Shown here in pieces: positions 38,141 to 52,531 of a DNA stretch of 64,000 nt. The DNA is taken from positions 50,716,001 through 50,780,000 of the forward strand of contig NC_043006.1 in NCBI RefSeq assembly GCF_006345805.1, given 5' to 3'. The translations under genes and the position numbers were made by a program. Position 1 is the first letter of the stretch, and every line of letters starts with the position of its first letter. The stretch is from Octopus sinensis (Eukaryota). The notes under the pieces are model-generated. The model ran no database searches. It saw only the letters and a list, made by a program, of their open reading frames with translations, and was not told the DNA's origin.

Positions 38141-39324
38141 ATATATATATATATATATATGCATATATATATATACACACAGACACACACACACGATGAT
38201 ATGTATGCTTCCGTAAGTGTCTTCGTATCTTTATCCGTCTACACCGCTTGTCAATTGGTGTTTTACTTTTACATCCCTATAAATTAACGCATCTGTACAA
38301 TAAGTACCAGACTTTAAAAATAAATTACGAGGGTCGATTTGCTTAATTGAACCATTGAAGGCGGTGCCTCAGCATGGTCGCAGTCCAGTGGTTGAAACAA
38401 GGGAAGTCACGACAACCATGTTGGAAACCACTACTCGACGCTGTTGGCCGTTCGACCTGCTACGTATAACAGTCAAGTCTCTCATTTCAGATACTAGTCT
38501 TAATACATTAGACAATGTAGTCTAAGATTCAAGATAAAGGCGTAGCGTACTAGCTTTCCCACTCCCACCGGCGCTTCAACAGGCATCCGATAAAAAAAAA
38601 TTGTAGATTTTCTTCCTTCTCTCTCCGCGTTCTCAGTTCAAATTCTATCAAGGTTAACTTTTCTTTTCCTCATTTCGTGATCGATTCTTCTTTTTCCTCC
38701 TCCTCCTCTTCCTCCTCCTTTTCTTTTCCTTATACTTTCTCCTCTCTCTCTCTCTCTCTCCCTCGCTCCATAATATGGTTCAATGTGTTACTTTTCCCAG
38801 AAATGACCACAGTTTTGCTTTGGAGTTGGGCAAAAACTCCAAAGTTTTTTTGTTTTGCTTTGCTTGTCTTTTTTCTTTATGGTGAGCTTTGTTCTCTGAT
38901 CTGAACATGAGCCGTACATGAAACATTAGAATTTGCTAGCGTGGACGTGGGATGAGATGGAAGGGGAGGCCTGTCATAGTATAAGTCTCCCCTGGGATAG
39001 CACATAGACAGAAGGTTCCTTGTTTTATATACCAACAACGTACCACTCAAAGTAAGGTGGACAATCCCCTTAGGCGCTAAATACTCATAGGGGAGCTTTT
39101 ATCTGTGTACAAAAGCGAAATATCCTACATGACATCGCGACTCAAACCAAACATTGGTAAAAGAGTAAAAGAGTATGTGTATATATATATATAGTTAATC
39201 CAAACATGAAAATACAAAACACAACGCGAGGACGTGGAACAAGTATAGTATTATTGGACACTCAGAAAAGAAGGAGGGTTTAATATATATATATTAAACC
39301 TTCCTTATATATATATATATATAT

Positions 39325-40035
39325 ATGTCTCACTCTCTCTCTCTCCCCCTCCTCATTCTTCATGGTTTCCTCGCAGCCATTCCCCTTCTTCTCTCTCTTT
39401 CTCTTGCTCCTCCTCCCCCCTTCCCGTCGCTCACCCACGACGTGACTTCCGCCTTCCCGTCGTTCACCCGCAACGTCACTTCCGCTGCTGTCTCTTTCGC
39501 CTGGCTCTTTCTAAGCAATGGACGTCACTCTTTTTCCTCCTCGTCATCCCTAAAAAATTCTGCGTTTGTAATACTTTTTTTCGTTCGGCGTCAACAGCCC
39601 TTCTTATCTTGTTTTTCCTTGTCCTGTCTTCTATTGTTTACAATTTGCACTGTCGTTACTGTCCTGTTGTTACTATTTTTTACCCCTCCGCGAAATGATC
39701 TCATAATTTTAATTGATTTGCTTTTCGCAGGAAGGAAAGTTTTCTTGTTGAAGATACGTCTCGCTTTTATCCTTCGAAACGTAGAGTAGATGAAAGCTTT
39801 ATCGACTGAAGAAGGGGTTTTTTCTTTGTGTTAATTATCCTGTATTCTATATTATTTTTTTGTTGTTTTTAAATATATGTCCAGTCCCTTTGGTTGTGTT
39901 TGTTTTCGTTTCTCATTGTGTTCGACGTCCTTTTGGTGTCCTGTACTCACATATATGCGTGTATATGTACATGTAGAGGTAGGTAGTACATATATGTTTA
40001 TATATATGCATATGTTTTATTTTATTTATTAATAT
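39325..40035 (+). mobile_element. Diverged relative of the 16.5/32.7-kb pLTR-like repeats
   Basis: Shares cgcaggaagg...ccttcGAAAc, CTGAAGA.gggg...tcctgta and the gtcctgtactcac...gcatat.ttttatttattta end. Confidence 0.55.
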
Positions 40036-40117
40036 ATATATATATATATATATATATAAAGAGAGAGAGAGGTATACAGTAAGTATCACATTAATCTTAT
40101 AATACACATAATTCATT

Positions 40118-40660
40118 GAAGACGGTGAGCTGGCAGAAACGTTAGCACGCCAGGCGAAATGAGTAGCCGTTACGTTCTGAGTTCAAATTCCGACGAGGTC
40201 GACTTTGCTTTTCATCTTTTCGGGGGTCGATTAAATAAGTACCAGTTACGCACTGGGGTCGATATAATCGGCTTAATCCATTTGTCTGTCCTTGTTTATC
40301 CCCTCCGTATTTATCCCCTTGTGGGTACTAAAAAAATAGGTATTTCGTCTGTCGTTACGTTCTGAGTTCAAATTCCGCCGAGGTCGACTTTGCTCTTCAT
40401 CCTTTCGGGGTCGATAAATTAAGTACCAATTACGCACTGGGGTCGATGTAATCGACTTAATCCGTTTGTCTGTCCTTGTTTGACCTCTCTGTGTTTAGCC
40501 TCTTGTGGGTAGTAAAGAAATAGGTATTTCGTCTGTCTTTACGTTCTGGGTTCAAATTCCGCCGAGTTCGACTTTGCCTTTCATCCTTTCGGAGTCGATA
40601 AATTAAGTATCAGTTGCATACTGGGTCGATCTAATCGAATGCCCCCCCCCCCTCCAAAAA
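40118..40660 (+). mobile_element. Trimeric family-A SINE (one head plus ~184-bp internal units)
   Basis: Junctions aaatag|gtatttcgtc at ~40339 and ~40523. Confidence 0.85.
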
Positions 40661-42374
40661 TGTAATAATATTTTTATCCTAACTTTTAATACTTTTGATA
40701 AAAATAAATATTTTATTTGGTTTTTTTTTTTTTCATAACTGTATACCTTCTTCTGCACCACGCTGTATGTGTGTGTGTGTTGAAATGAATGTATAAATTT
40801 ACTTTTTAGGCTTGCGGCTCTCAGTAACCACATTAAACTTACTCCTTTGTGCGAACCCCTTGGGATTTCTATGCAGAGAACTATAGCATAATATAATAAG
40901 CACACAATAACAACAGAATAACAGAATAAACATGGGCATAAACGATTCATAACCAATTCATAACCAAGATTTTTTTTTCTCATACTGTGTGCGTATTTGC
41001 GCGCGAGCAACTGGTTTCCACAGAGATTTCTATTAATTTTCCTCGGACTCCAGCTTTTATTTGTTTCTTTACATTCTTATCTGTTTCAGTCTTTCTCTTG
41101 TATTTGTTGTTCTTCCTTTTCTTTTTTATTTTGTTTTTTCCTTTCTTTTTCATGTTTATTCTTTCAGTGTCATCTGTTCTTTGACTTTTTCTTTCTTCTA
41201 CTTTTTACTTCCTTTTCAATATTTTCCAACTTTTCCACTTTATGTCTCTGTCTTTTGATTTTTTCTTTGCTGGTTTTCTATTATTTTTCTTCGTCCTTCA
41301 TTCTTTCTCACCTTTTTTCCAGTTTTTGCCCTTTCTTTCCTTTTATTATTAATTTTGTTTTCTTTTCTTATTTATTAAATAAGCGTCAATATTTTAAAAC
41401 TGTTTTTTTTTTTTTGCTGGTACCTGTTGAGTATCTATATTTAGAAATGATTGTAAAAGATAATTCGGGAAGAGTGTAAAGTTCTTATTTAAACTTTTGT
41501 AAGAATTTCTATAAGAATCATCTCATTCTTTGTTAACAGGCTAATATAATCCTATGTACCCAAAGGAATCGAATTTGGGTCAATGGTTCAATTCGCCTAA
41601 TCAAACAAGGAGTATGTACATAGATGCTCGATCTGCTAAAAATTGCAGTTAAAACATCCTATATCATATGCTATCATCTTAAATAAAAAATATATTAGAG
41701 AGTATAATTCTAAATGAACTCCCTGTAAATAGAATGGATGGTCACGCTTCGAACATGTTGAATGACAGGTTTGCATTATCAAAGATAACGGCAAAGAAAG
41801 AAGCCATAAGGCACTGAACATGAATTGTCACTTTGAGGCTCACATTCTTTCAAACCAAATTTGAAACTTAATGTCAATCAAAACCCATTGTAGGCAGCCA
41901 AAGAACTTCTACGATGTCACTTAACCTGCCAGAAATAGCACCCAAATATTCTTCAAAGCACATTTAATCATCTTCAATTTGAACAGATACGATGGCTGCA
42001 GCAGTCCATGATGCACCATGTATGAAAAGTATAAAGAAATATCGAAAACTGTAACGATTTGATCTGTAGTTCTGCTCTACAAAATTTCTAAACTCGGCGA
42101 TATACTGTTTTCTCGGTTACCGTCATTTATGATTTATGTTCATAATATCTCCTACGAGAAACACAACTTATGTGTTATTTGTCTGATGAATCAGATTTGA
42201 CCTGGAGCTAAACAACAGCATTTAAAAATGAAAAGCAAATTATTTAGTCGCTTCTTCCCAGAAAGGTAACCACAATTCACTAAGATCCTATTATATTCGT
42301 GATTTCCTTTCAAACACTGAGCAGCAGCAATTTTTCTTCTGAAGCAGAGGAGTCGTAATTATAGACAGTAAGAA

Positions 42375-42570
42375 GTGGCTAGCATGCAAAATTGTTAGGG
42401 CGTCGGACAAAATGCTTAGCGGCACTTCTTCCAATACGTTCTGAGTTCAAACCTCACCGAAGTCAACTTTGTCTGTCATTCCGGATTGATAAAATAAAGT
42501 GCTAGTCAAGTGCTGGGGTTGACTATAGTGCTCACCCTAAATTCGCTGGCCTTGTCTCAAAATTTGAAAC
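42375..42570 (+). mobile_element. Degenerate family-A SINE
   Basis: cggacaaaatgcttagcgg...ttctgagttcaaa...gtcaacttt. Confidence 0.65.
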
Positions 42571-43409
42571 AAGTTTAGAGAATAGGGATATGAAAGTGGT
42601 GCCATTTCAATTATCTTTTTTTTTTAATGGCTTTGTGAGAAAAAATGTCGGGCAACAACTCTGATCCTTTGATGGGTTCCTGTAACAGGTGCAGAAAACA
42701 AAAAAAGAAATCGCATCCCTGGGTTGCTGTAGTAAGACATAACGCATCAGTGTTATCTTTTACTACAGCAACGGTGTCGTGGCTGGAAGGCACACTTGTA
42801 GCAGAGTGGAATCCATTAAAGACATGAAACCAATTGGAAGAGAATATACAAACAGACGACGGATTGAATCTACCACCTAAAAGCAAGTGAAGTCTATCTG
42901 ATAGACTGTCGTCTATTTAATTTCACTCTGGTTTTGGTTGAAAGCACCTATACAAAACGCGGCACATTGTGACTGGACCTGAAATCTTCAAGCAGGAAAC
43001 TTAACTACCATGTCCATATACATCTCGATACTTATTCATTGATTCAGCTGCCAAATTTTGTTTTGAATGCAGAAAATTAGAATGTCTGGTAATCACACTT
43101 TAGACAAGCTCATCGGCGGTGTAAGTTGCATCTAATGACTTCCGTGACTTTCACTACAGTGATTCGTCTCTCTATCTCCCATACAACCAGCCTCTTTCTC
43201 AGACTAACCAATAAAATACAGATATGCATATGAGCACTCACACTTCCCCCTTTCCTTTCTCTTTCACTTTGGCATATATATTCACTTTACATCGCTGCTT
43301 CTTTCTATATGTGTTCTTTCTTTCTCCCAATCTCTTTTCTTTAATCTCTCCCTGCTTCTCAATCCATACATACATACATACATACATACACACACAAACA
43401 CACACACAA

Positions 43410-43470
<61 letters not shown>

Positions 43471-44289
43471 TCACAGATGCATGCACTAATATACAAGCAT
43501 ACATATATAGAGAGAGACATACAATTTCTGTCTCTCTCTCCTTCTCTCTCCCGTCTGTGTCTCAGATACATGTTCACATAAAAGACGATTAACTTCGATG
43601 TCCTAAGCGTAGAAATTAATGATACTCAGCAGATCTTTGAACTCTAAAAATATTGTTCCTGTTCAATTATGAAGAGGAGTTAATTAAATTACTTGATAAT
43701 ATAGCTAACCTCAACGAAAGAGACACCTAATCTAATAATATATCAGACGCCACTCGGTTCGTTACTCTGAACACGCAGAATACAAGAAAGGGAGATAACA
43801 ACTTCATTTATGTTAACAATGGAGTTGTTTCTAATGAACTTAACGGGAACAATATATTTGTTTCGACAAGACACAATTAGTCAGATTTTTGTAGACTTAA
43901 ATAAATCTTTCATGCCTGTACCATAGAGAAAGAGGTGATGAGGTAAGCCACAACAGAGTAGAATCTTCAATTCTATTTCAATTCAAGCTTAAATGAGCGT
44001 ACCGAACGTTTAGGGATTCGTCACCTGCTGTGAATGTTACTATTTTGCATTTTGGTTCCTTACCACTGAGCAATTGTCATTTTACTGTCCTTAATCTGCA
44101 AAACTAAATGATTTCAGCGCAAAGGAAATGCTTCAGACGTACAGACTGGCAATCAATTGTGTCAGTCTTTCATAGTTGACTGCCCCAAATTTCCTGGTGT
44201 CCGATATTAATACATGATCTTCACTATCTTCAGACTAGCGATTACAATACGCATGCATGCATGCATACATACGACAGATACAATTTTAA

Positions 44290-44522
44290 GGCGGCTAGCT
44301 GGCAGAAACGTTAGCACGCCGGGCTAAATGCATAGTAGTATTTCGTCTGTCGTTACGTTCTGGGTTCAAATTCCGCCGAGGTCGACTTTGCCTTTCATTC
44401 TTTCGGGGTCGATAAATTAAGTACCAGTTATGCACTGGGGTCGATGTAATTGGCTTAATCCGTTTGTCTGTCCCTGTTTGTCCCCTCTATGTATATCCTT
44501 TTTTGGACAGTAAAGAAATAAG
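44290..44522 (+). mobile_element. Family-A SINE monomer
   Basis: ggcggctagctggcagaaacgttagcacgccggg...ggttcaaattcc. Confidence 0.9.
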
Positions 44523-44641
44523 ATACACTTTTAATTAATTTCGGGCAAAGATCATCAAAAAGCTACCTAGAATTAATTTTTCTTTGGGGAAAAAGAACTA
44601 AAGAGAAAATATTAATAAGTAACTAATATATTTCAATTAGT

Positions 44642-44926
44642 GGAGGCACATGGCCTAGTGGCTAGAGCAGCGGACTCGCAGTTGAGGGATCGCGGGTTCG
44701 AATCTCAGACCGGACGATGTGTGTGTTTATGAGCGAAACACCTAAGCTCCAAGTAATGTCGAAATTCTGCTGACTCTTTCACCAGAACTTACTCTCACTC
44801 TTTCCTCCTGCATCTTGCAGCTCACCTGCGACGGACCGACGTCCCGTGCAGGTGGGGAACCTATACGCCAAGGAAACCGGGAAACCGGCCCTTATGAGCC
44901 AGGCATGGCTCGAAAAAGAACAAACA
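44642..44926 (+). mobile_element. tRNA-derived SINE, family D
   Basis: tggcctagtgg A-box, ggttcgaatc B-box and cctgcgacggaccg..gtcccg body; inverted copy at 49945-50245. Confidence 0.88.
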
Positions 44927-46999
44927 TTTTAATTAATTAAGCATGGTTGTATGAATCGGCATTGACTAGGATATATACGTGCGTGTATATCCTAACATTG
45001 GAGGACCTTTCACTACTGAAATAGACTCAGTAGAAATATCTCCTTGTAGACATGTGCGAAAATACATTGGTATATGAATAATACTGTCGTAACGTGGGAC
45101 GCATGCGTACGTTGTCGGCCACGAATACTGACTTTGTACTTCAAAACCCTATCAGAACGCAGCAAGTACGGGAGATACCATTATGTATGTTTTGGTATTA
45201 ATGATTCCACCAGTGAAGTATAGGTTTTACCCAATTACTAAAAAATGGGAGAGGTTGGTGGATAAACATATAAACTCAACATGTATCTCAAACGTTTAAA
45301 CGCAACATGGCTGAATAAAATGCACACTCCCAAAACAGAAGTTTAGTATACCCTGGAATCTATATTTTACTTTTTTTCTCCCTCTCCTCTTTCTTCCCTG
45401 AAAGAAATCGCAATGGTTCGACCTAAAGAGGTAGGGGCACCGCCAAGTTTAATTTGCTCCTAACACAACGCTCTATGTTACGACATAGCCAGCCCTACTC
45501 CATCAACCGTTGAGGGTTCAAACTAAGGCAAAACTATATACGAACGTCCTTGGACTGCGTAACAAACGGTTTTTTGGGGGGGTTTTTTTTGGAGAGTTAA
45601 ATCACTCCACATTCAGCAACGACTACATACTTTCTGAGGAAACATCTAAGTGATCGTAAGCAAAATCTTTCCAAAATTACTCACTAACACAAAAAAAAAA
45701 ATATCTGCATAAACGATATGATAGTCGTGGCTGGAATGTCTTTGCCGTTCGATCAAGTCTAATCATGAAGAACAAACATCAACAATAGCTGTCACATTCT
45801 TTAAGAATCCACATATTTAAATGAAATAACGAAAGACAATATATTCATTTATATAAATTCATTTCTTCTCTTTCTTTTTCCTGCCTTCTTTGCATAATTT
45901 TCTTGTTTTTTTTTCTTCCTTCTGTTTCTTCTTGTTTATACTTTGATTCTTCTGCCTAGATTCATTTTTCAATTTCTAGCGGGTTTTGTATAACGTTTTT
46001 TTTCTCTCTATTATTTTCTTCTTTCTACTTATTCTATTTTCATTTTTGTAATCACCGTTTTAAGTATTCTTTTCTTTTTAAATTCCTCTTTCTTTTCTCC
46101 CCTTCCTTCATTCTACTCATCTTTTCTAGTTTACCTTAACCTATACACCCTTAAGATGTTTTCAGCTCTATCTTCCAACGTCAACCACTTCACCTCTCAC
46201 ATTCTTTACACGAAAAAGACAAAAGAAATCAGATAAGCGTATCATGTTAGCCAATGAGCTTAAAGAAAAATTGCACTACCATTTCTGTCTAATTAAATTT
46301 TTACGCTCTATGTCTTCCGACCTGTTGATAATATTCAGCCCATCCTTTCTAAAATGAAAGAATTTAGTTATCTCATTTCTTCTCAGTCCTTTTGCTCTAA
46401 GTAGTTTTCTGTCATTTGTTTAATCGAGGATATTTTCTTTTCCGTTTTGTAGTTGTTATTGGTTTTCGTTATTTTATTATTTAAGCTGGATTTGCAGAAT
46501 CTTCAGAGCCTCAGATGAAGTGCCTTGCGATATTTATTCCAGCAATCGTGTTCTAAGTTCAAATCCCAGAAGTCAAACTTTGCTTTTCATCTTTGGGGTT
46601 TTAAAAAAAGTGGGGTAAGGTGCTTGTCTTCAACAGTTCAAATTCAAGCGTACTCTACTTGGCTTGTAGCCCTAATTCGTTGCCTGGGTGCACACACATT
46701 TACTCCTGTAACCTTGGCTACCTTTAACTATGTCCAATCTGATTGCCAATATTCAAATCAGCTCTCCAATTTGATGATAACTTTCTTCTTTCTTCACACT
46801 AGTGTCGAAGGCCTTGTATGGTGTCATGAGCATTGCTCTCCCATTTGACTAAAAGAGAAAAAAGGGTTCTAATTATTTCTTTTTTCCTGTATTCCTCTTT
46901 ATCAGTTTTCTCTTCTTCCTTCTTTGCTTTTTATTTTTGTCGTAGCGGGTCGCGGGTTACAGATGAATATGTCATTATAGCATAAATACGTATGTCCAC

Positions 47000-47064
<65 letters not shown>

Positions 47065-48869
47065 CACACACATACACGCACACACTGATCTGTAAATATA
47101 CATACTTATATGGGTTTTTCGGTAGATTGAGTCTGTGCAAAAGTCATTCTTCTGATTGGCTTAAAAACATTCACAGACACAGCTCTTTCTCTTGCCTTCA
47201 GACTTCTTATCTTCTCTCTTTAACTTTTATACTGATACTACAACGGCCGTTGTTCATTAGAACTGTATTGTTCTACATGTCATCTCCACTTCAGAGCTCT
47301 CAGTTCACATCTTGCCGCTTCTCATTACCCAATTTGTATCCAACCTCAAAATACAGGCTTTGATCTGGTCACAATACTCACTTCTACCTCCCCAGAGGGT
47401 CATCCCTGGAATTCTCTCATTGCACATGGCTTCCCTCCAGTCATTGAATTGCTATAGTTTTGGTGGAATGTTAATGGCATATTTCGCAGGCGTTGAAGTG
47501 CCTGCGTTGACTTTGGAGAAAAAGATTTATGTTTATGAATATACCTATTTGTTTCATTGCTATTTTATTAATATATTTTATTTTTCCTTTTGGAACTCCG
47601 TTCATCTCGTGTATTCGAAAATTATACTTTTTGGTTGGGTAGATGGCGTTTCCAAGATACTTCGATTGTTGTCAACACATCTTTCTGCTCCTCCAGTAGG
47701 TTTCTTATGTATTAAACCAAATGTAAATACAACAAAATATTTCAGGAAAATGAAATATTTAAAAGACAGACATAAATTTTAACCTAGGTATAGGGTTAGA
47801 CGTCCACGAGTTCCAAAGACCTCTGTTCTCAAAATCAACAAAACAAAATACAAAACCACAAAAAAAGGAAACATTTATCCACTAAAACTTCCTAATCACC
47901 CAGTTTTCTCGGTTAAATAGCAATACTAGATGACCAGACGTATTTCAGTGCCGGATGTTCATTAATAGACGTGTCATTCCGTCTTTCTCTTTCGACTCAT
48001 TAAAAACATTATACAATAATTAAAGTTTAGTTATATATTTTTTCATAAATGAGGCTGGTTGAATGAAACAGATTATTCCCAATATATTACAGACATGTTA
48101 ATAGAAACCATCGCCATTAAGTCCAATCAATATTTCTTAAAGAGGTAAGAAACGCTTTATTGTTTGAAGTTATTACTCTGACCTAAAGCCGTTAACCAAA
48201 ACAAATAATACAAATAGCAAGACCAAATTGATATAATCACGCTTCCAACGTTAGACTACACAAAACAAATCACTCCTACTAAAATAACATCGTGTATGTA
48301 TGTGCTTGGGTATATATATCTGTGTGCGTGTGTATGTGCTTGTGTGTCTGTTTCTCCAGCTTTGACATTGATTTTCAACGATAATTTGACCGTTATCATC
48401 CTGACATGTTTTTGCAATAAAGTGTGTGTGTGTGTGTGAGTGACAGCGCATGTATGCGTGCATGTGGTTGGAAGTGCGTTTGTGTGTGCTTCAACTGATT
48501 TAATATAGTAATTCCTCTACTTGAAAATTACTATCATTTTATTTTATTTCCTCTGAACTGTATACAGCGGAGAATTTCTTTTTTCATAGAAATGTTATGA
48601 TAAACGTTTCATATTCATTTGAAAGAAATCATACAAAACAGTATTTATTTATTTGTTTGGCCTATATTCATATACAATGTAGGATATTCATTTTATCATA
48701 ACTGAAAATCATTCATCCTTCAAGCACACTCCGAAGGATTTTTCTGCATGAGTGTTAGTGTTTTCTCTAGCAAGAAATTTCTTTTATTACTTATCGTTGG
48801 CGCCGTTTTCTGATCATATCACATTTAAGTTTTACTAACAATAAACTGTTAACTTTTTATTAAACACTG

Positions 48870-49512
48870 GGATCTTTACCTTTTGACCGACAGATTTAGA
48901 AAATAATTTTTTGTAACTAAACACTTTCAAACTTCGGACACTGGTAGAATGTGTCATATAAAACATCTTTTACTCTTAGCATTTTTGAGAAAAACTTATA
49001 TTTACGAAGTTATTTCACGTTAAAGTAGTCCTATTTCGGTAATTTCAACCAATCAATGACGTGTATTCAGATGAATAAAATTACTGCCGTTGTTTGTCAA
49101 CAACAACTATCGGCGGTGTATTTTTCGTTTGTCACTGTTATTTATGACACCGTTCGTGAATTTGTACTGGTTTTAGCTTTAGGGTTTTAAGATTAGGGTT
49201 AGTGTTTTAGGGTTAAGGTTTTAGGATTAGGGTTATCATAAATAACTGACAAACGAAATATACACCGCCGGAAGTTCTTGTTGACAAATAACAGCAGTAA
49301 TTGTATTCAGCTGAATACACGTCATTGATTGGTTGAAATTACCGAAATAGGACAACTTTAACGTGAAATGACTTCGTAAATATAAGATTTTTCTCAAAAA
49401 TGCTAGGAGTAAAAGATGTTTTATATGACACACTCTAACAGTGCCCGAAGTTTCAAAGTGTTGAGTTACAAAAAATTATTTTTTAGATCTGTAGGTCAAA
49501 AGGTGAAGATCC
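48870..49512. mobile_element. Foldback MITE with ~275-bp TIRs, a TTAGGG-like core and a 7-bp TSD
   Basis: GGATC...GATCC ends; AACACTG at 48863-48869 and 49513-49519; arms 48870-49148 and 49236-49512. Confidence 0.88.
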
Positions 49513-49944
49513 AACACTGTGGTGTCTATACAGATACTTGTCTATACAGATACTTTAACTTTTCAGTATATGCCTATTACGGATTTAAAACGGTCACTGG
49601 GAAGAAACGCAAGGAAGAGAGGAGCAAAGATACCATCGATAAAAAGACGTTGGGGTTGAGGAAAAATAGACATGGAAACGTCAAAGAGGTGGTATTCCGT
49701 CAATCCCAAAGCAAATGGAAAATATGTATGTCGTAAGGTTACTGCAACAATTGAGGCTATGGGAATTGCTATAAAACAAGAAAATAACCGATTTTTGTTT
49801 CTTATATGCAGTTCTAAATTGGAATGGTTTTCACATTGAAATCAATAAATCTTAGTCTCAATTGCTGATTAAAATATGTCTATTTTCCACAACTAATCTT
49901 TTTCTGTCAAAGCGAATGAAAACATCGTATATACATATTTTTTT

Positions 49945-50245
49945 CTTCTTCTTAATCCTTTTTGCCCCTTGTGGAACATAGGGCCGGTTTCCCGGTTTCC
50001 TTGGCGTATAGGTTCCCCGCCTGCACGGGACGCCGGTCCGTCGCAGGTGAGCTGCAAGATGCAAGAGGAAAGAGTGAGAGTAAATTGTGGCGAAAGAGTC
50101 AGCAGAAGTTCGCCATTACCTTCTGCCGGAGCCGCGTGGAGCTTAGGTGTTTCGCCATTAACACACACATCGCCCGGTCTGAGATTCGAACCCGTGATCC
50201 CTTGACTGCGAATCCGTTGCTCTAACCACTAGGTCATGTGCCTCT
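49945..50245 (-). mobile_element. Family-D SINE
   Basis: Reverse complement of 44642-44926. Confidence 0.88.
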
Positions 50246-51149
50246 ACACATATTGTTTAGTACTTATGTATTTTTACTTTTATTCTGCGTGTGCTTGTTA
50301 TCAACGATCTTCATCGTTAACAGCAACGTCGACAACTGCTGAGGAAATCGAGAACGTCTACACTCGTATATATAATTGTATTGTGTATCAGGAAAGATTA
50401 CTTAACTTGTGCGTCTTAATTGCTTAAGTAACAGCGCTACACATGAATGAATTCGTGTAATGTTGTAGCGTTTACGGCTTGTGCTTTTAGTTATGATTTT
50501 AAACACTAGGGTTTATAGAGACAGGCCCTTTCAAATTCATTGCAAGATTATTTTTGGTTTAAGATATTGAAGTAAAAGTGATAAACTCCAGCATAGAAAA
50601 GAAAATTTCTTCGTAGGGAGAAAGGCGTAGGTTTGTGATATATCAGAAGTAACGGTATTTACTAGATATTTATCACCAAATGTCGTTCCACCTCGGATTG
50701 CTGGATCAATCCTGTCATACATATCTGTAACATTGATGAGTGAGTACCTTACTTGCTTAGGTTTTCTTGAGAGAGAAATCCACGGTGAGGGAGAAAATGT
50801 TAATATGATTTATTACATCTTAGCCGACGTCTTCCACGCTTAACATCCTAAGATTTTCAAGCTTGCTGTGTAGTAAGTAAATATCAGGCTTTAGGTAAAA
50901 TAAAGAGTGCAACTTTTCATTTCGCTTGCATCTTGTGTTAGCTGTTCTACATAAATTGGTCCCTTAAATATGCAGCTGGATCCACAAAAGTATTTGCCAA
51001 TCAACTCTCGAATGCAATATACATCCAGCAACTCAATGACTATCGACTTGTATAACTCCATCCTTGTCCTAGTTGTTCCATATCTAAAAATATATTGATT
51101 TCAAATATTGGCACAGGGTCAGCAGTTCCGGAACATATACATACATATA

Positions 51150-52277
51150 TAGAGGGGTTGGACAAAATAATGGAAACAGCTTAAAATTTGAAACATTTAT
51201 TTCAATATGGGGTACGACCGCCTTTGGCAGTAATTACAGCTTGAATTCTACGAGGTATGGACTCGCACTAAGTTTGAATTGTTTTCAAAGGAATTTTTGT
51301 CCATTCTTTAGCTAAAACAGTCTCCAGTTCTTGTAGTGATGATGATGGAGGATATCAATTCCTTACTTGTTTTTTTTCTAAAATGCACCATAAATGTTCA
51401 ATAATATTGGGATCTGGGGGCTGAGGTATCTAGATAAGATGTTCAACTTCACTAGAATGTTCTTCGTGTCATTCAGTAACATCTTTAGCTGTGTGAATTG
51501 GTGCATTATCATCCTGAAAGATTGCGTTTTCTTCCGGAATTTGATCAAATAAAATGCTTAAATAGACCTGACTATTAATTCTGCCATGAAGGGAAACAAA
51601 TGGGCCGACGGATTTCCAAGATATAGCACCCCCCCCCCCCGATCATCACAGATCCTCCTCCATGTTTAACTGGCCGGTGGTCGGAAATAAGGTGCCAATT
51701 ATGTAGGTTTTTACTCCATTCTAAACGCTTGGTAACATTTGTTTTTGAAAGTAGTGGCTTTCTGATTGCACCCCTCCCGTGAAATCCGACTTTGTGCAGC
51801 TCCCGACGAACTGTTTTTGTGGAAACTGTGTTCTTGAGGTGGTCATTAAGCTCTGCAGTAACTTTGGGAGCAGTACTTTCGTGATCCTTTCTAACAATTC
51901 GTGTAAGTGTCCGACGGAGTGTTGTTTCAACGAGGAGGTTTTTCCCCTCTTTCTCAAAGGCAGTCATTACTTTCCAGACAGTACTTCTTGAGACACCAAA
52001 CATTTCGGCTATTTTCGTTGCGCTAACGCCTGCCATACGAGCACCAACAATTTGAACTCTTTGAAAGTCCGATAGATCTGTCATTCTAATGAATTTTAAT
52101 TACCTATTTTCTGATGATATCTGAAAAGAAACAGCAATTTTAGCAAAACATATCAAGCAACACTAACAACAAATAAAGAAAAACATTAAAATAAAGAAGC
52201 TTTTGACGGCTTTAAAGCTACTTCAAAATTATGATGGTATGATGCTAGGTGTTTCCATTATTTTGTCCAACCACTTT
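51150..52277 (-). mobile_element. Internally deleted Tc1-like (DD34E-type) transposon
   Basis: TIRs GGTTGGACAAAATAATGGAAACA at both ends, in TA. Transposase pieces MTDLSDFQR..IVG, VKHGGGSVMI, FQDDNAPIH and PDPNIIEHLW. Confidence 0.92.
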
Positions 52278-52314
52278 ATATATATATATATATATATAAA
52301 TAATTGAAAAAATT

Positions 52315-52531
52315 TTGAGTCAAATTTTGGCAGAGGGCTAGCAAGTTTGTGGTGGGGTTAAATCAATTACATCGAACCCAATGTTCAATTGATACTTATT
52401 TTATCGACCTCGAAAGGATGAAAGGCAAAGTCGACCACGGCGGAATTCAAACTCAGACTTCAAGGCGGACGAAATACCGCTAAGAATTTTGTCCGGCGTG
52501 CGTGCTAACTATTCTGCCAGCTCAGCGCCTT
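52315..52531 (-). mobile_element. Family-A SINE
   Basis: Reverse complement of the family-A sequence. Confidence 0.82.

Noticed and set aside
42611-42886. Possible host exon (ORFs 42645+ and 42611-)
   Set aside because: No recognisable domain and no convincing splice pair.
49170-49235. Telomere or chromosome fusion site
   Set aside because: Short, degenerate and enclosed within a TSD-flanked MITE.
50537-50850. Short open frames with GTGAGT/GTAAG donor-like sites
   Set aside because: No recognisable protein; the nearby minus-strand KRGRRRLR suggests old LINE debris.
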